Positions 46,574 to 57,307 are shown, counted from the first letter of the stretch. The stretch is DNA of 64,000 nt from Treponemataceae bacterium (GCA_963677895.2 CAXXGJ010000017.1:1-64000), one strand, 5' to 3'. A program made the numbers and translations. The notes: generated by a model not told the origin, from the letters alone.

Positions 46574-47992
46574 TTAGGCGTAACCCGCCAGAACCCCGAT
46601 CATGAGAAGACCCATGGTGAGGACGAGAACGGCCGCCTGCAGAAGCCAGGTCTTTTTGAACCATTCGGGCCAGGAGAGCCCCGCCACGCCCAGGGCTATA
46701 AGGAGAACCGCGTTGGTGGGGTAGATCATATTGGAGAATCCGTCGCCGAAGGCGAAAGCCTGTACGGCCAGCTGACGGGAGACGCCTGCCAGGTCGGCCA
46801 GAGGCGCGAGAAGGGGCATGAGAAGAAAGGCCTTGGCAGTGGCCGATCCGATGAAAAAATTCATCCCAAGGGTGAAAATATAGATGAGAGCCGCGGCTCC
46901 GTAGCCGCTCGATTCCCCGATGATGGAGGAAGCCCCGTGGAGGATGGAATCCATGATTCCTCCGGAGACGATGATGTGCTTGACGGCCATCGCCATGAGG
47001 ATGAGGACGACGCCCGGGAGAATGCCGGCCACACCCGATCCGAAGGCCTTGAGGCAGTCCCGGAAGGAAAGGCCGGCGACGAGGCCGGAGCCGAGGCCGG
47101 CGATAAGGAATATGAGGGCGATGATGGGCATGGAATAGTCGGCGAAGGTTCTCGTCAGCGAGACCGTCATGATGACGGCGATGAGGATGAGGATGGAGAG
47201 GCCGAAAAAGCGGGCGCCGCGGCCAGGCTTGAGGCCGGCTGTCTTTTCCGGCACGACATCGATAGGGAGGCCAGCGACGGCGCCGGGTTTTCCGGATTCG
47301 CATTTTTTCGCCATGGCCGCGAGCCAAAGGTAAAAGAGCGCGTAGACGCAGATGAACACGATTATCCTGAAACCCGAGCCGGAAAACATGGGAAGGCCGG
47401 CGAGACGCTGGGCCGTGCCTATGGTGAAGGGATTCGCGATGGCCGCCGAAAAGCCGAATCCCGTCGCGAGAATGCTCATTCCGAGTCCCACGTAGATGTC
47501 CCAGCCAAGGGAGAGGGAGAGGGCTATCGCCACGGGCACGAGGGGTACCGTTTCCTCGAAGATGCCGAGAAGCGATCCGATCCCCATGAAAAAGAACACG
47601 ACGATGGCGAGAAGAAGATAGCGGCGCGCGGCAAAGCGTCGGGCGATGAGGGTCACGGTCTCCTTGAGCACCGAAGCCTTGTCCAGAACCGCGAAGGCGC
47701 CGCCCACGATCATGATGAACAGTATTATGACGATTGCCTGGAGCCCGTCGCTGGAAGCGAGCACCTCAAAGGGGGCGGTAAACCAGCGCCAGACCGGATA
47801 GGCGGGCTTTTCCGTCATGATGTAGGTATCGGGCACCACCTGGAGGCCATATTCGCCCATGACCCGTTCGTATCGACCGGAAGGCAGGACGGCGGAGAGG
47901 AGGCCCGCCCCCAGCATCAGGGCGAGCAGCACGAGAAAGCTCGTGAGAAAGGCTTTTTTGGAAATGCGGAGCCCCGACTGTCGCTGAGCCAT
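46574..47992 (-). CDS. YfcC-family membrane transporter
   Basis: LPSGRY, GIFEE, NPFTIGTAQRLAGLPMFSG, AFAFGDGFSNMIYPT. Confidence 0.85.
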   Translation of the reverse strand: MAQRQSGLRISKKAFLTSFLVLLALMLGAGLLSAVLPSGRYERVMGEYGLQVVPDTYIMTEKPAYPVWRWFTAPFEVLASSDGLQAIVIILFIMIVGGAFAVLDKASVLKETVTLIARRFAARRYLLLAIVVFFFMGIGSLLGIFEETVPLVPVAIALSLSLGWDIYVGLGMSILATGFGFSAAIANPFTIGTAQRLAGLPMFSGSGFRIIVFICVYALFYLWLAAMAKKCESGKPGAVAGLPIDVVPEKTAGLKPGRGARFFGLSILILIAVIMTVSLTRTFADYSMPIIALIFLIAGLGSGLVAGLSFRDCLKAFGSGVAGILPGVVLILMAMAVKHIIVSGGIMDSILHGASSIIGESSGYGAAALIYIFTLGMNFFIGSATAKAFLLMPLLAPLADLAGVSRQLAVQAFAFGDGFSNMIYPTNAVLLIALGVAGLSWPEWFKKTWLLQAAVLVLTMGLLMIGVLAGYA

Positions 47993-48094
47993 CGTCTTCC
48001 TCCATATGGGCGGTAAAAAGCCGGCAGGCTATGCCGCATAATGTTGACCTTGTCGTCATACTACTTCATACTTTTATCAAAAGGAAGATTTTGA

Positions 48095-49453
48095 ATGAAC
48101 GACAATGCTACATCGGCGGCAATTTATCCCGATTTGCCCTCCAAACTATCACGTCTCGTGAGCTTTCCCACGGTTTCATCCTACAACCCCGGCGATGAGG
48201 ACGACGCGGCCTTCCTGGCGCTGAAAAGCGAGCTGCCCCTTCTCTATCCCCAGGTGCACGCGAAGCTGGTGAGGGAAGAACCTTCCGACAGGGCCCTTCT
48301 CTACACCTGGAAAGGAAAAAATCCCTCCCTCGCGCCGGTGGTGCTATGCGCCCATTTCGACGTCGTACCCGTTGCCGATACGGCGGGCTGGAAACATGAT
48401 CCCTTCGCGGGAGACATCATAGAAGGCGAACTCTGGGGCCGCGGCACCCAGGATATCAAGGTGCTCATGGCCTCCATTCTCGAAGCCGCCGAAAAGCTCC
48501 TGGAGCGCGGCTTCGAGCCCGAACGGACGATCTATTTCGCCTTTGGCGGCGATGAAGAGGTAGGCGGCCATAGGGGTGCCGCGGCCATCGCCGACCTTTT
48601 TGCCAGCAGGGGGATCAAGGCCTCTTTTCTCGTGGACGAAGGAGGGCCCATCTCGGTGGGCATGCTTTCCTTTGCCGCGCGTCCCCTTGCCCTCATCGGC
48701 GTGGCGGAGAAAGGCTATGCCGACCTTTGCGTGCGCGTGAAAGGTTCGGGAGGGCATGCCTCCATGCCGCCTCGACATACCGCCCCCGGCGATCTCGCCA
48801 GGGCTATCGCCGCGATCGAAGCGCGGCCCTTCCCCGCAAAACTCACGCGCACGGTGCGTTCCTTTTTCTCTCGCCTCGCGCCTGAATCGAGACAGCCTTA
48901 CCGTTTCCTCTTCAGCCAGCTCTGGCTGACAGCCCCGGTTCTCATGAGGGTATTCGCTTCGGGGCCGACCACGAACGCCTTGATACGCACGACCGTGGCC
49001 TGCACCATGCTCAAGGGTAGCCCGAAGGAAAATGTCCTCGCGGACAATGCCGAGGCTACGCTGAATGTGCGCATTCTCCCGGGCGAGACTTCGGAAGAAG
49101 TCATGGCGAGGCTGAACCGCATCGTGGCGCCTTACGGCGCGACGGTATCCCCCAAATATCAAGATCATGTAATCGAGCCGTCCAGCGAATCCGGAACGGA
49201 CCATGAGGGATGGAAGGCCATCGAGTCGGCCTTGAGGACATCCCATCCCCAGGCGGGCTGCCTGCCCTTCCTTTTCAGCGCCGCGACGGATACGAAACAT
49301 TATAAGAATGTCGTTGGCGCGATCTATAGATTCACGCCCTTGATCCAGTCCCAGGAGGACCTCAAGGGAGTTCATGGAGACAACGAGCGGGTGAAGCTGA
49401 GCGATCTCGATCGTTGCGCGCTTTTCTACGGTACGATGATGGAATCGCTCTAG
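48095..49453 (+). CDS. M20-family metallopeptidase
   Basis: AHFDVVP, WGRGTQDIK, DEE, VDEG, GGHASMP, TD, HGDNE. Confidence 0.9.
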   Translation: MNDNATSAAIYPDLPSKLSRLVSFPTVSSYNPGDEDDAAFLALKSELPLLYPQVHAKLVREEPSDRALLYTWKGKNPSLAPVVLCAHFDVVPVADTAGWKHDPFAGDIIEGELWGRGTQDIKVLMASILEAAEKLLERGFEPERTIYFAFGGDEEVGGHRGAAAIADLFASRGIKASFLVDEGGPISVGMLSFAARPLALIGVAEKGYADLCVRVKGSGGHASMPPRHTAPGDLARAIAAIEARPFPAKLTRTVRSFFSRLAPESRQPYRFLFSQLWLTAPVLMRVFASGPTTNALIRTTVACTMLKGSPKENVLADNAEATLNVRILPGETSEEVMARLNRIVAPYGATVSPKYQDHVIEPSSESGTDHEGWKAIESALRTSHPQAGCLPFLFSAATDTKHYKNVVGAIYRFTPLIQSQEDLKGVHGDNERVKLSDLDRCALFYGTMMESL

Positions 49454-49566
49454 ACGGTACATCGCGTCGCGGGAAGGAAGCGGGTATTCAGGAAGCGCGC
49501 GTTTCAAAGGAGATGATCCTGGAGACCTGCATTTCGGAAGCTCGCTTCCAATTTTTAATTATTATC

Positions 49567-49595
49567 TTGCCTCGGATCATCTCCTGTATTAAACT
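49567..49595 (+). promoter_or_regulatory. Putative sigma70 promoter, leaderless
   Basis: TTGCCT-N17-TAAACT-N6-ATG(49602). Confidence 0.55.
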
Positions 49596-49601
49596 TTTGT
49601 A

Positions 49602-50159
49602 ATGAAAATAAAAATAATATCGATTATGATCGTGCTGGCGGCGATCGGTTCCGCCGTTTACGCGGTGGATGTAAACGGAACTATTGCCCAAGGCGAGTAC
49701 GCGAGGGAAACGTCATTCGACAATGGAAATTTCAGGCTCCTCTGGAAAATTCAGGGTGATGCGATATTCATGGCCATCGACGCGAAGGCGGCCGGATGGG
49801 TCGCGATAGGATTCGAGCCGACGAACATCATGGCGAATGCCGATATGATATTCGGCATCGTGGACAAGTCGGGCAAACTGCAGTCGATAGACGCCTGGTC
49901 CACCGGAATGTTCGGCCCGCACCCGCCAGACCTGAATCAGGGAGGCAAGGACAGCCTCCTCGCCTCCGCGGCCGGCAGATCCCAGGATCGGGTCGTATTC
50001 GAATTCTCCCGAAAATTGAATACCGCCGACAAGTTGGACAAGGTCATCCCCGCCAAAGGCTCGTTCAAGGTTATATGGGCTTATAGTTCCAGCCTGCAGT
50101 TCACCGCGAATCACAGTAAGGCCGGCAAAGCCACGCTCATGATGGATGGCTCCGAATGA
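49602..50159 (+). CDS. Exported DOMON-domain protein (heme-binding type)
   Basis: Signal peptide; GWVAIGF...MANADMIFG, FEFSRKLNT, VIWAY...H. Confidence 0.85.
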   Translation: MKIKIISIMIVLAAIGSAVYAVDVNGTIAQGEYARETSFDNGNFRLLWKIQGDAIFMAIDAKAAGWVAIGFEPTNIMANADMIFGIVDKSGKLQSIDAWSTGMFGPHPPDLNQGGKDSLLASAAGRSQDRVVFEFSRKLNTADKLDKVIPAKGSFKVIWAYSSSLQFTANHSKAGKATLMMDGSE

Positions 50160-50560
50160 GCCTCTTCCCCTTTCACCTGGCGCTCATGGCGACGGCAACC
50201 GCCGCCATGCTGGCGGCCATCGTCGTCGCGAGGTTTTTCAGAAAGAAGAAATGGTGGCTCAAGGCGCATAAATCGCTCAACCTTGCCGCCGTCGGTTTGG
50301 CTCTCTCGGGGTTTGTTCTCGCGCTTATCATGGTGCAATCGTCGGGCGGCCCCCACTTCAGGGTAAGCCACGCCGTCTTCGGCGGAGTCGCTCTACTTTT
50401 CCTGATCTCGATGCCGTTTCTGGGATTCATGATATTCAAATCGAAAGACAAGAAAAAAACGGCCCGGCTCAGAATCGCGCATCGCTGGCTGGGAAGGTTG
50501 GCCGCCATTCTTTGCTGCGTCGCCGTCGTCGCCGGGCTTTTCCTGATCGGCGTTCTTTAA
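50156..50560 (+). CDS. Four-TM cytochrome b561-like membrane protein
   Basis: Four TM segments each led by His: FHLALM, WWLKAH, SHAVFG, AHRWLGR; ATGA overlap with the DOMON gene. Confidence 0.75.
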   Translation: MSLFPFHLALMATATAAMLAAIVVARFFRKKKWWLKAHKSLNLAAVGLALSGFVLALIMVQSSGGPHFRVSHAVFGGVALLFLISMPFLGFMIFKSKDKKKTARLRIAHRWLGRLAAILCCVAVVAGLFLIGVL

Positions 50561-51285
50561 GGCGATCTTTTCACGTTGCCCGATTTCGACCCCAGGTAAG
50601 CCGCCCGCACGGAGGGGTCGCTCGCTATTTCCCTGGACGGTCCCGATTTCACGATGCGTCCCTGCTCGAGCACGTAGGCTCTATCGGCCACCGTGAGCGC
50701 CTTGAAGGCGTTCTGTTCCACGAGCAGGATGGTCTTTCCCATGTCGCGGATCTTGACGATGATCTCGAACACCGTCTGGACAAGCAGAGGCGCCAACCCG
50801 AGCGAGGGTTCATCCATGAGCACAAGCTCGCCGTTGGTCATGAGCGCCCTGCCCATCGCGAGCATCTGCTGTTCTCCGCCCGACAGGGTGCCGGCTATCT
50901 GCTGCTCCCTCTCCTTGAGACGCGGGAAAATGGAAAAAACCTTGTCTATATCCTCGCGGACGACCTTCTTGTCATTCCGCAGATAGGCGCCCAGAAGAAG
51001 ATTGTCGGTAACGGTCAGATTGGCGAAAATCAGCCTTCCTTCTGGGACATGGCATATACCCGACTTGACGACCAGATCGGGTCGCCTGGCCAGCTTGGCG
51101 TCCTTGTAGAGAACTTCTCCCTGCGAAGGTTTGAGGAATCCCGAAATGGTGTTGAGGAGGGTGGACTTCCCTGCGCCGTTCGCGCCGATGATCGTGACGA
51201 TCTCGCCCCGCTTCACTTCGAGGGATACGCCTTTCAAGGCCCTGATGCCGCCGTAGGATACGTGGAGGTCGTTAACTTTCAGCAT
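50557..51285 (-). CDS. livF: Branched-chain amino acid-type ABC ATPase
   Basis: GANGAGKST, HVPEGR, LSGGEQQMLAMGRAL, DEPSLGLAP. Confidence 0.93.
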   Translation of the reverse strand: MLKVNDLHVSYGGIRALKGVSLEVKRGEIVTIIGANGAGKSTLLNTISGFLKPSQGEVLYKDAKLARRPDLVVKSGICHVPEGRLIFANLTVTDNLLLGAYLRNDKKVVREDIDKVFSIFPRLKEREQQIAGTLSGGEQQMLAMGRALMTNGELVLMDEPSLGLAPLLVQTVFEIIVKIRDMGKTILLVEQNAFKALTVADRAYVLEQGRIVKSGPSREIASDPSVRAAYLGSKSGNVKRSP

Positions 51286-51287
51286 GA

Positions 51288-52061
51288 TCAGGCCTCCTCT
51301 GTGGTGCCGAGATAGGCTTCTATCACCTTGGGGTTGTTCGCGACCTCGTCGGCTCCGCCTTCCGCGAGCTTCAATCCGAAATTGAGCACGACGATGTGCT
51401 CGCATACTCCCATGATGAGGTCCATGTGATGCTCGATGACGAGGACCGACAGCTTGAACTCATCGCGGATCCTGACGATCAGCTTCATGAGATGCTCGGT
51501 CTCGTCCGGGTTCATGCCGGCGGCGGGCTCGTCGAGCAACAGCAGTTCGGGATCCAGGGCCAAGGCTCTGACGATTTCCAGTCTCCGCTGCATTCCGTAG
51601 GGGAGATTGTTGGCAACGAGATCCCTTCTGTCCGTAAGGCCCATGATCTCGAGAAGTTTTTCGGCTTTCGCCACGAGCGCCTTCTCTTCCTTCCTGAAAC
51701 GCGGGAGGCGGAAAATCGACTCGGCGATATTGTAGGTGGCGCTCAAATGGCATGCGGTCAGCACGTTTTCGAAAACGGTCAGGTTCTTGAAGAGTCTGAT
51801 GTTCTGAAACGTTCTCGTGATGCCGAGATCGGCGATCTTGTAGGGGGGAAGCCCGACGACGCTCTGGCCCTTGAATTTCACGGCGCCCTCGGTGAGGGAA
51901 TAGACGCCGGTTATAAGGTTGAAAATGGTGGTCTTTCCCGCGCCGTTCGGGCCTATGAGACCCACGATTCCCCCCTCGGGAACCGAAAAGGACACATCGT
52001 TGACGGCGGCAAGTCCCCCAAAGCGTTTTGTAAGATGGGAGATTTCAAGTATGTCAGCCAT
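51288..52061 (-). CDS. livG: Branched-chain amino acid-type ABC ATPase
   Basis: [30 protein letters not shown]. Confidence 0.93.
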   Translation of the reverse strand: MADILEISHLTKRFGGLAAVNDVSFSVPEGGIVGLIGPNGAGKTTIFNLITGVYSLTEGAVKFKGQSVVGLPPYKIADLGITRTFQNIRLFKNLTVFENVLTACHLSATYNIAESIFRLPRFRKEEKALVAKAEKLLEIMGLTDRRDLVANNLPYGMQRRLEIVRALALDPELLLLDEPAAGMNPDETEHLMKLIVRIRDEFKLSVLVIEHHMDLIMGVCEHIVVLNFGLKLAEGGADEVANNPKVIEAYLGTTEEA

Positions 52062-52989
52062 TGCTGCCCTCCCCGTCCTGGCCGTTCTTCATTTCCTTCA
52101 GGGCTTCGAGCCTCGCCTTCCGTTCCATTCTCGCTTTCCGGATTCCCGCAGGCGTCAGTTCCATGCCGCCCATGAGCCCCTTGGGACGGGAAATCATGAT
52201 GAGTATGACCGCGGCTCCGTAGAACACGAGTCGCCAGATCTCGAAGGCGCGCAGGATTTCGGGCAGGGCCGTGAGCAGAAGGGCGCCCAACACGGAACCG
52301 GAGATCGAACCCAGTCCTCCAAAGATGACGATGATGGTGAGTTCGGTGGATTTTGTCATCGAGAACATCTTCGGCTGGAGGAAGGTCATGTAGTGGGCGA
52401 AGAAAACGCCCGCCACGCCGGCATAGACGGCGCTGACGATGAGCGCGATCATTTTATACCGGAATACGTTGATGCCCGATATCTGGGCCGCCAGCTCTTC
52501 CTCGCGGACCGCTATCATGTTGCGGCCGTGCCTCGACTTCACGAGGTTGGCGAGGAAAATGACGGCCAGCACGTCGACGAGAATGATGGCGGGCAACGTC
52601 GACTTGTAGGGAATGCCGGGCCAGCCGCGGGCGCCGCCGAATACCTGCACGTTGTTGAGCACGAGCCTCGTGGCTTCTCCGAAACCGAGCGTCGCGATGC
52701 AGAAATAGTCGCCCTTCAGGTTGAGGGTTATGCGACCCAGGAAGTAGCTGACTATGCCGGCGGCGGCTCCGCCGGCGATGACGCCGACGAAGAAAGGAAG
52801 CCCAAGGCCAGCGGGAGTCGTCGCCGGCGAAACGGTCATGAGGGCGCCGACGAAAGCGCCTATCGCCATGAATCCCGCGTGACCGAACGAGAACAGCCCA
52901 GTGAAACCGGTGAGCAGGCTCAGGCCGAGTACGGCGATGAGGTTGATCCCGGCGAGCATCAGGATGCCCTGGATATATGTCCAATCCAT
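52054..52989 (-). CDS. livM: Branched-chain amino acid-type ABC permease
   Basis: [34 protein letters not shown]. Confidence 0.9.
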   Translation of the reverse strand: MDWTYIQGILMLAGINLIAVLGLSLLTGFTGLFSFGHAGFMAIGAFVGALMTVSPATTPAGLGLPFFVGVIAGGAAAGIVSYFLGRITLNLKGDYFCIATLGFGEATRLVLNNVQVFGGARGWPGIPYKSTLPAIILVDVLAVIFLANLVKSRHGRNMIAVREEELAAQISGINVFRYKMIALIVSAVYAGVAGVFFAHYMTFLQPKMFSMTKSTELTIIVIFGGLGSISGSVLGALLLTALPEILRAFEIWRLVFYGAAVILIMISRPKGLMGGMELTPAGIRKARMERKARLEALKEMKNGQDGEGSNG

Positions 52990-53005
52990 CTTATTCCCCC
53001 GGGCC

Positions 53006-53884
53006 TCAGGCCTTGTCCACGGTGTTCTTACCCATGATGCCGGTCGGCCTGAATATGAGAACGCCGATAAGAATTACGAACGCGATGAGATCGCGGTATT
53101 GTGATGAGATATACCCCGCAACGAGGGTTTCGATGATTCCGAGGATCACGGAGCCGATGACGGCTCCCGGCAGGCTCCCCAATCCCCCGAATACGGCGGC
53201 TATGAAGGATTTGGTCGTGATATTCCCGATCTGCGGATACACCGTGTATTTCATGCCGAAGAAGACGCCGGCCACTCCCGCGAGAAAGCCGCCAAGGCCG
53301 AACACGATCAGGATGATCTTGTCCGTATTCACGCCCATGAGGGCGCAGGCTTTGATATTATAGGCCGCCGCCTGGATGGCCTTGCCCATTTTCGTCTTTT
53401 CTATGAAGAGGATCAGTCCTCCGAGACAGATGGCGGAGATGAAGAACATAAGGAGATCCAGCCTGCCTATCGCCAATGGTCCGAGCTTGATGGGAGTCCT
53501 TTCTATTACCTGCGGATAGGTCCTGAACGTTGGACCAATCGTAGCTATGACGATGTTCTCGAGGAGAATCGAAGCGCCCATCGCGGAAATGATGAAGTAG
53601 AGGAAGGGCGCGTTTCGTTCGCGCAATGGTTTGTAGGCTACCCTCTCCACCAGAATCGCCAGCAGGGTGGTTCCTACGGTCGCGAGCAGAAAGGCCGCGA
53701 TAAAGGGAAGTTTCAGCAGTGTGAGCGCGAAGAAACCGAAGTAAGCGCCCAGCATTATGACGCCGCCATGAGCGAAATTGGAAAAATTCATGATGGAGTA
53801 TACGAGTGAATAACCAACAGCCATCAAGGCGTACACGGAGCCGATCGAGAGCCCGTTTATCAACTGTTGAAGGAACTGAGTCAT
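53006..53884 (-). CDS. livH: Branched-chain amino acid-type ABC permease
   Basis: [33 protein letters not shown]. Confidence 0.9.
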   Translation of the reverse strand: MTQFLQQLINGLSIGSVYALMAVGYSLVYSIMNFSNFAHGGVIMLGAYFGFFALTLLKLPFIAAFLLATVGTTLLAILVERVAYKPLRERNAPFLYFIISAMGASILLENIVIATIGPTFRTYPQVIERTPIKLGPLAIGRLDLLMFFISAICLGGLILFIEKTKMGKAIQAAAYNIKACALMGVNTDKIILIVFGLGGFLAGVAGVFFGMKYTVYPQIGNITTKSFIAAVFGGLGSLPGAVIGSVILGIIETLVAGYISSQYRDLIAFVILIGVLIFRPTGIMGKNTVDKA

Positions 53885-53913
53885 GGCCTGTCCTCTTTCG
53901 GCGGGATGGGTGT

Positions 53914-54019
53914 CGGCGCGTTCGCTGGACTGGGAAGTCCAGCGAACGCGCCGCCCGATGAAAAAATCGGGCAGTCCCGAAGCGTCGGAGGCATTCCCCC
54001 GGCGCTTCGTTGACTGCCC
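53914..54019. repeat. Two intergenic stem-loops between the binding-protein gene and livH
   Basis: Perfect 18-bp CGGCGCGTTCGCTGGACT-GGGA-AGTCCAGCGAACGCGCCG (53914-53953) plus an imperfect GGGCAGTC...GACTGCCC hairpin (53969-54019). Confidence 0.75.
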
Positions 54020-54033
54020 TTTAACAACCGCGC

Positions 54034-55188
54034 TTACTCAGCGGCGTACTTTTCCTGGAATACATACTTGCCATCGATTATCTTGAGGATGGCTGCGTCC
54101 TTGCCTTCGGGGTTGTGCGTCGTCGGGCTGATATTGATCTTGCCCGTGATGCCCTGAACCTGGATGCCTTCAAACGCCTTGGCCAAAGCCTCGCCATTCA
54201 CCTTGCCCGCTTTCTCGAGACCGGCGACCAGCAGAAGCACCGCGTCGTGGACGAGATAGCCATTGAGCTCGGTTTCCTTGCCGTATTTGGCCAGGTAGCG
54301 CGCTTTATAGTCGGCGACGGCCGGATCGGCATAATCGAGATGGTTGACGAAATAGGAACCCTCGACGGCTTTTCCGCCCATGGAGATAAGCTGCTCCGAA
54401 GGCCATCCGTCTCCGCCCATCATCACCTGCGTCATGCCAAGCTCCCTGGCCTGGTTGGCTGAGAGCGCCACTTCTTTGAAGAAGTAGGGCATGAAGATGA
54501 TGTCGGGATTCGCCGCCTTGATCTTGGAGAGCTGGGGCCTGAAATCCACGTCGCCGGCGTTGAACGACTCGTCGGCCACGATGGTGCCGCCCTTCTTCTC
54601 GAAATTCATCTTGAAGAATTCGCGGAGGCCCTGGGAATAGTCGTCGGACACATCGTAGAGGATGGCCGCTTTCTTGGCGCCCAGTCTGTCGAAGGCATAG
54701 CCCGCCGCAACGGCGCCCTGGTAGGGGTCGATGAAGCAGACGCGGAAGTTATAGGGTTTTACCTTGCCGTCAAGGACAGTGACCTTGGGATTGGTCGCTA
54801 CGGTGGCGATATCGGGAACCTTGGCCTGCTCGAGGACTGGCGCTATGGGGATCGCGTTTCCAGAGGCGTTGGGACCGAGTATGGCGACGACTTTATCCTG
54901 TCCCGTGAGTCTCTTTACTACGTTTACCGCTTCCTGCGCATCGCCTTTGTTATCGTAGCCGATGGCTTCGAGCTTGTATTTCTTGTTGCCGACCTGGATT
55001 CCGCCCGCGGCATTATATTCCTCGAACAACATCTTGACGGTGTTGAACTCGTTTTCGCCCCATACAGCCTGGTCTCCGGTCAAAGCGCCGAACCAGCCCA
55101 CCTTGATCGTGTCGCTTTTCCCGCTGCTGGCGCAGCCGGCAAAAGCCAGGGAGACGATAAGAACCAAAGCAAAAATCGCCCTCTTCAT
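54034..55188 (-). CDS. ABC substrate-binding lipoprotein (LivJ/LivK family)
   Basis: FAG-C lipobox; IKVG..GALTG, ATNP, FRVCFIDPYQG, MGGDGW; AAGGAGG SD. Confidence 0.92.
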   Translation of the reverse strand: MKRAIFALVLIVSLAFAGCASSGKSDTIKVGWFGALTGDQAVWGENEFNTVKMLFEEYNAAGGIQVGNKKYKLEAIGYDNKGDAQEAVNVVKRLTGQDKVVAILGPNASGNAIPIAPVLEQAKVPDIATVATNPKVTVLDGKVKPYNFRVCFIDPYQGAVAAGYAFDRLGAKKAAILYDVSDDYSQGLREFFKMNFEKKGGTIVADESFNAGDVDFRPQLSKIKAANPDIIFMPYFFKEVALSANQARELGMTQVMMGGDGWPSEQLISMGGKAVEGSYFVNHLDYADPAVADYKARYLAKYGKETELNGYLVHDAVLLLVAGLEKAGKVNGEALAKAFEGIQVQGITGKINISPTTHNPEGKDAAILKIIDGKYVFQEKYAAE

Positions 55189-55222
55189 AATTCCTCCTTG
55201 GAATTCAATGCAAACAGCCGAC

Positions 55223-55251
55223 AGTATACTCCCGGTGCGGGAGATGAACAA
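55223..55251 (-). promoter_or_regulatory. Putative sigma70 promoter of the liv operon
   Basis: TTGTTC-N17-TATACT on the minus strand. Confidence 0.6.
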
Positions 55252-55299
55252 CCTTTTTTTTCGCCATGAAAACGGAGTTCGAGAAGGTTTTTCCCTTCA

Positions 55300-57135
55300 T
55301 TACTCGACGGTCACGCTTTTCGCTAGATTTCGCGGCTGATCCACGTCCCTCCCGAGTTCCAGCGCGCAGAAGTAGGCAAAAAGCTGGAGCGGCACGACCA
55401 TGGAGAAGGGATAGAAGCGCGGATCGGCCTTGGGCACTGGTATGAAATCGTCGACAAGCCTTCTCGTCTCCTCGTCGCCTTCCACGCCCACGGCGATGAC
55501 GGGACCTCCCCTCGCCTTGATCTCCCTGATATTGGAGATCGTCTTCTCGCGAAGGTAGTCGTCCGACACGAGGAAGACGCTCGGAACCTCGGGGGTCACG
55601 AGGGCGATGGGTCCATGTTTCATTTCACCGGCGCTGCAGCCTTCCGCGTGGATATAGCTGATTTCCTTGAGTTTGAGCGCGCCTTCCAGCGCGATGGGGT
55701 AAAGAATGCCGCGCCCGAGGAAGAGAAAGTCCTTCGCCTTGGAATATTTCCTGGCGATGGCCTGGATATTGTCGCGTTGCTTCAGGACAGTCTCGACCAT
55801 CTCGGGCACCTTCTGGAGGGAGACGAGGAATTTCGTCCCTTCCTCCCTGGACATGTCGCGCATCCTGGCCATGAGCAAGGTGAAGAGGTAGAAAGCGGCC
55901 AGCTGGCTCGTGAAAGCCTTGGTCGAGGCCACGGCGATCTCGGGACCGGAATGAACGTAGATGCCGCCATCCGATTCCCTGGCGATCGTCGAGCCTACGA
56001 CATTGCAGATTCCGAGCACCGACCCGCCTTTTCTCTGAATTTCGCGCATGGCATAGAGGGAATCCGCGGTCTCGCCGGACTGGCTCACGGTGAACCAGAG
56101 GCTATCTTTTTCCATCACGGGATTCCTGTATCGAAGCTCGCTCGCCAGCTCCGCGCTGGCGGGAATGCGCGCCACTTGCTCGAGGAGATGGGAACCGACC
56201 AGGCCGGCGTGCCAGCTCGTGCCCGCCGCGATTATTTTCACTCTTCCTATTCCGGCGAATCTGCGCCTTTCCATATTGAGGCCGCCCAGCTTAGCCGTCG
56301 AATTTTCCGCGTCCAGACGTCCGCTCAAGGCCCTCGCTATGGATTCGGGCTGCTCGAATATTTCCTTTTCCATATGGCAGGGATAGGCTCCCTTTTCGAT
56401 GGAACCCAGCTCCCAGGTGATTTCGTCCACCTTTTTGTCTACTTTGCGTTCTTCCTTGTCTATTATAGAGTAGCTGTCTTTCCCGATATCGACGATTTCC
56501 CCGTCGTTGAGATAGATGACCTTGTTGGTATAGGCCACCATCGCGGTGATGTCGCTGGCGAGAAACATTTCGCCCGCGCCCACGCCCACCACGAGGGGGC
56601 TGCCGTTTCTCGCGCCCACGATGCGCCCCGGCTCGTCGGCGTGTATGACGGCGATGCCGTAGGTGCCCTGAAGGTTCTGGATGGCCGCCTTCACCGCCTC
56701 GAGAAGATCGCCCCTGTAATATTCGGCTATGAGATGGGGGATGACTTCCGTATCGGTTTCGCTCACGAAGACGCAGCCTTTTTTTTCAAGCATGGACTTC
56801 AGCGCGTGATGGTTTTCGATGATGCCGTTGTGGACGACCGCTATCTTGCCCGAGTTGTCGGTGTGTGGATGGGCGTTGGCTTCGGTGACGCCGCCATGCG
56901 TCGCCCAGCGGGTATGGCCTATGCCCCAGGTCCCGTCCATATCGGAAGGAATCGCCGACTTGAGCGCGGCGATTTTCCCCACCGACTTCACGATTCCCAA
57001 AGGATGGTCGGCATAGGCTCTCCCCCCGACGGCGATGCCGGCGGAGTCGTAGCCTCTGTATTCCAGTCGCCTGAGTCCTTCGAGAAGGATGGATGATGTT
57101 TTCCTGGGTCCCGAATAGCCGATTATGCCGCACAT
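55300..57135 (-). CDS. glmS: Glutamine--fructose-6-phosphate aminotransferase
   Basis: MCGI, LEYRGYDSAG, GHTRWATHG, SQSGETAD, PRNLAKSVTVE. Confidence 0.98.
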   Translation of the reverse strand: MCGIIGYSGPRKTSSILLEGLRRLEYRGYDSAGIAVGGRAYADHPLGIVKSVGKIAALKSAIPSDMDGTWGIGHTRWATHGGVTEANAHPHTDNSGKIAVVHNGIIENHHALKSMLEKKGCVFVSETDTEVIPHLIAEYYRGDLLEAVKAAIQNLQGTYGIAVIHADEPGRIVGARNGSPLVVGVGAGEMFLASDITAMVAYTNKVIYLNDGEIVDIGKDSYSIIDKEERKVDKKVDEITWELGSIEKGAYPCHMEKEIFEQPESIARALSGRLDAENSTAKLGGLNMERRRFAGIGRVKIIAAGTSWHAGLVGSHLLEQVARIPASAELASELRYRNPVMEKDSLWFTVSQSGETADSLYAMREIQRKGGSVLGICNVVGSTIARESDGGIYVHSGPEIAVASTKAFTSQLAAFYLFTLLMARMRDMSREEGTKFLVSLQKVPEMVETVLKQRDNIQAIARKYSKAKDFLFLGRGILYPIALEGALKLKEISYIHAEGCSAGEMKHGPIALVTPEVPSVFLVSDDYLREKTISNIREIKARGGPVIAVGVEGDEETRRLVDDFIPVPKADPRFYPFSMVVPLQLFAYFCALELGRDVDQPRNLAKSVTVE

Positions 57136-57307
57136 GAACAGCTCCTTCCGGTCGCGATAGCAGAATGACAGTCGATTTTTGCGTTGTGGTTCGGTAAAAA
57201 GGAAACCGGAACCAAATTTGTTTCATAATACAGAATCTTGGCCAAATTACCAGCCTTGCGACAGTCCGAAGATTGAAAAAACGCCGAAAAGCTTCTATCG
57301 TATCCCA

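Noticed and set aside
43858..46605. 915-aa plus-strand ORF
   Set aside because: Antisense shadow of dnaE; no motifs; expected from high-GC codon bias.
46574..49453. YfcC transporter divergent from an M20 peptidase as a new system
   Set aside because: This pairing is a familiar amino-acid/peptide utilisation arrangement.
57136..57300. glmS ribozyme
   Set aside because: Conserved AGCGCC and GACGAGG core elements not found on the coding strand.
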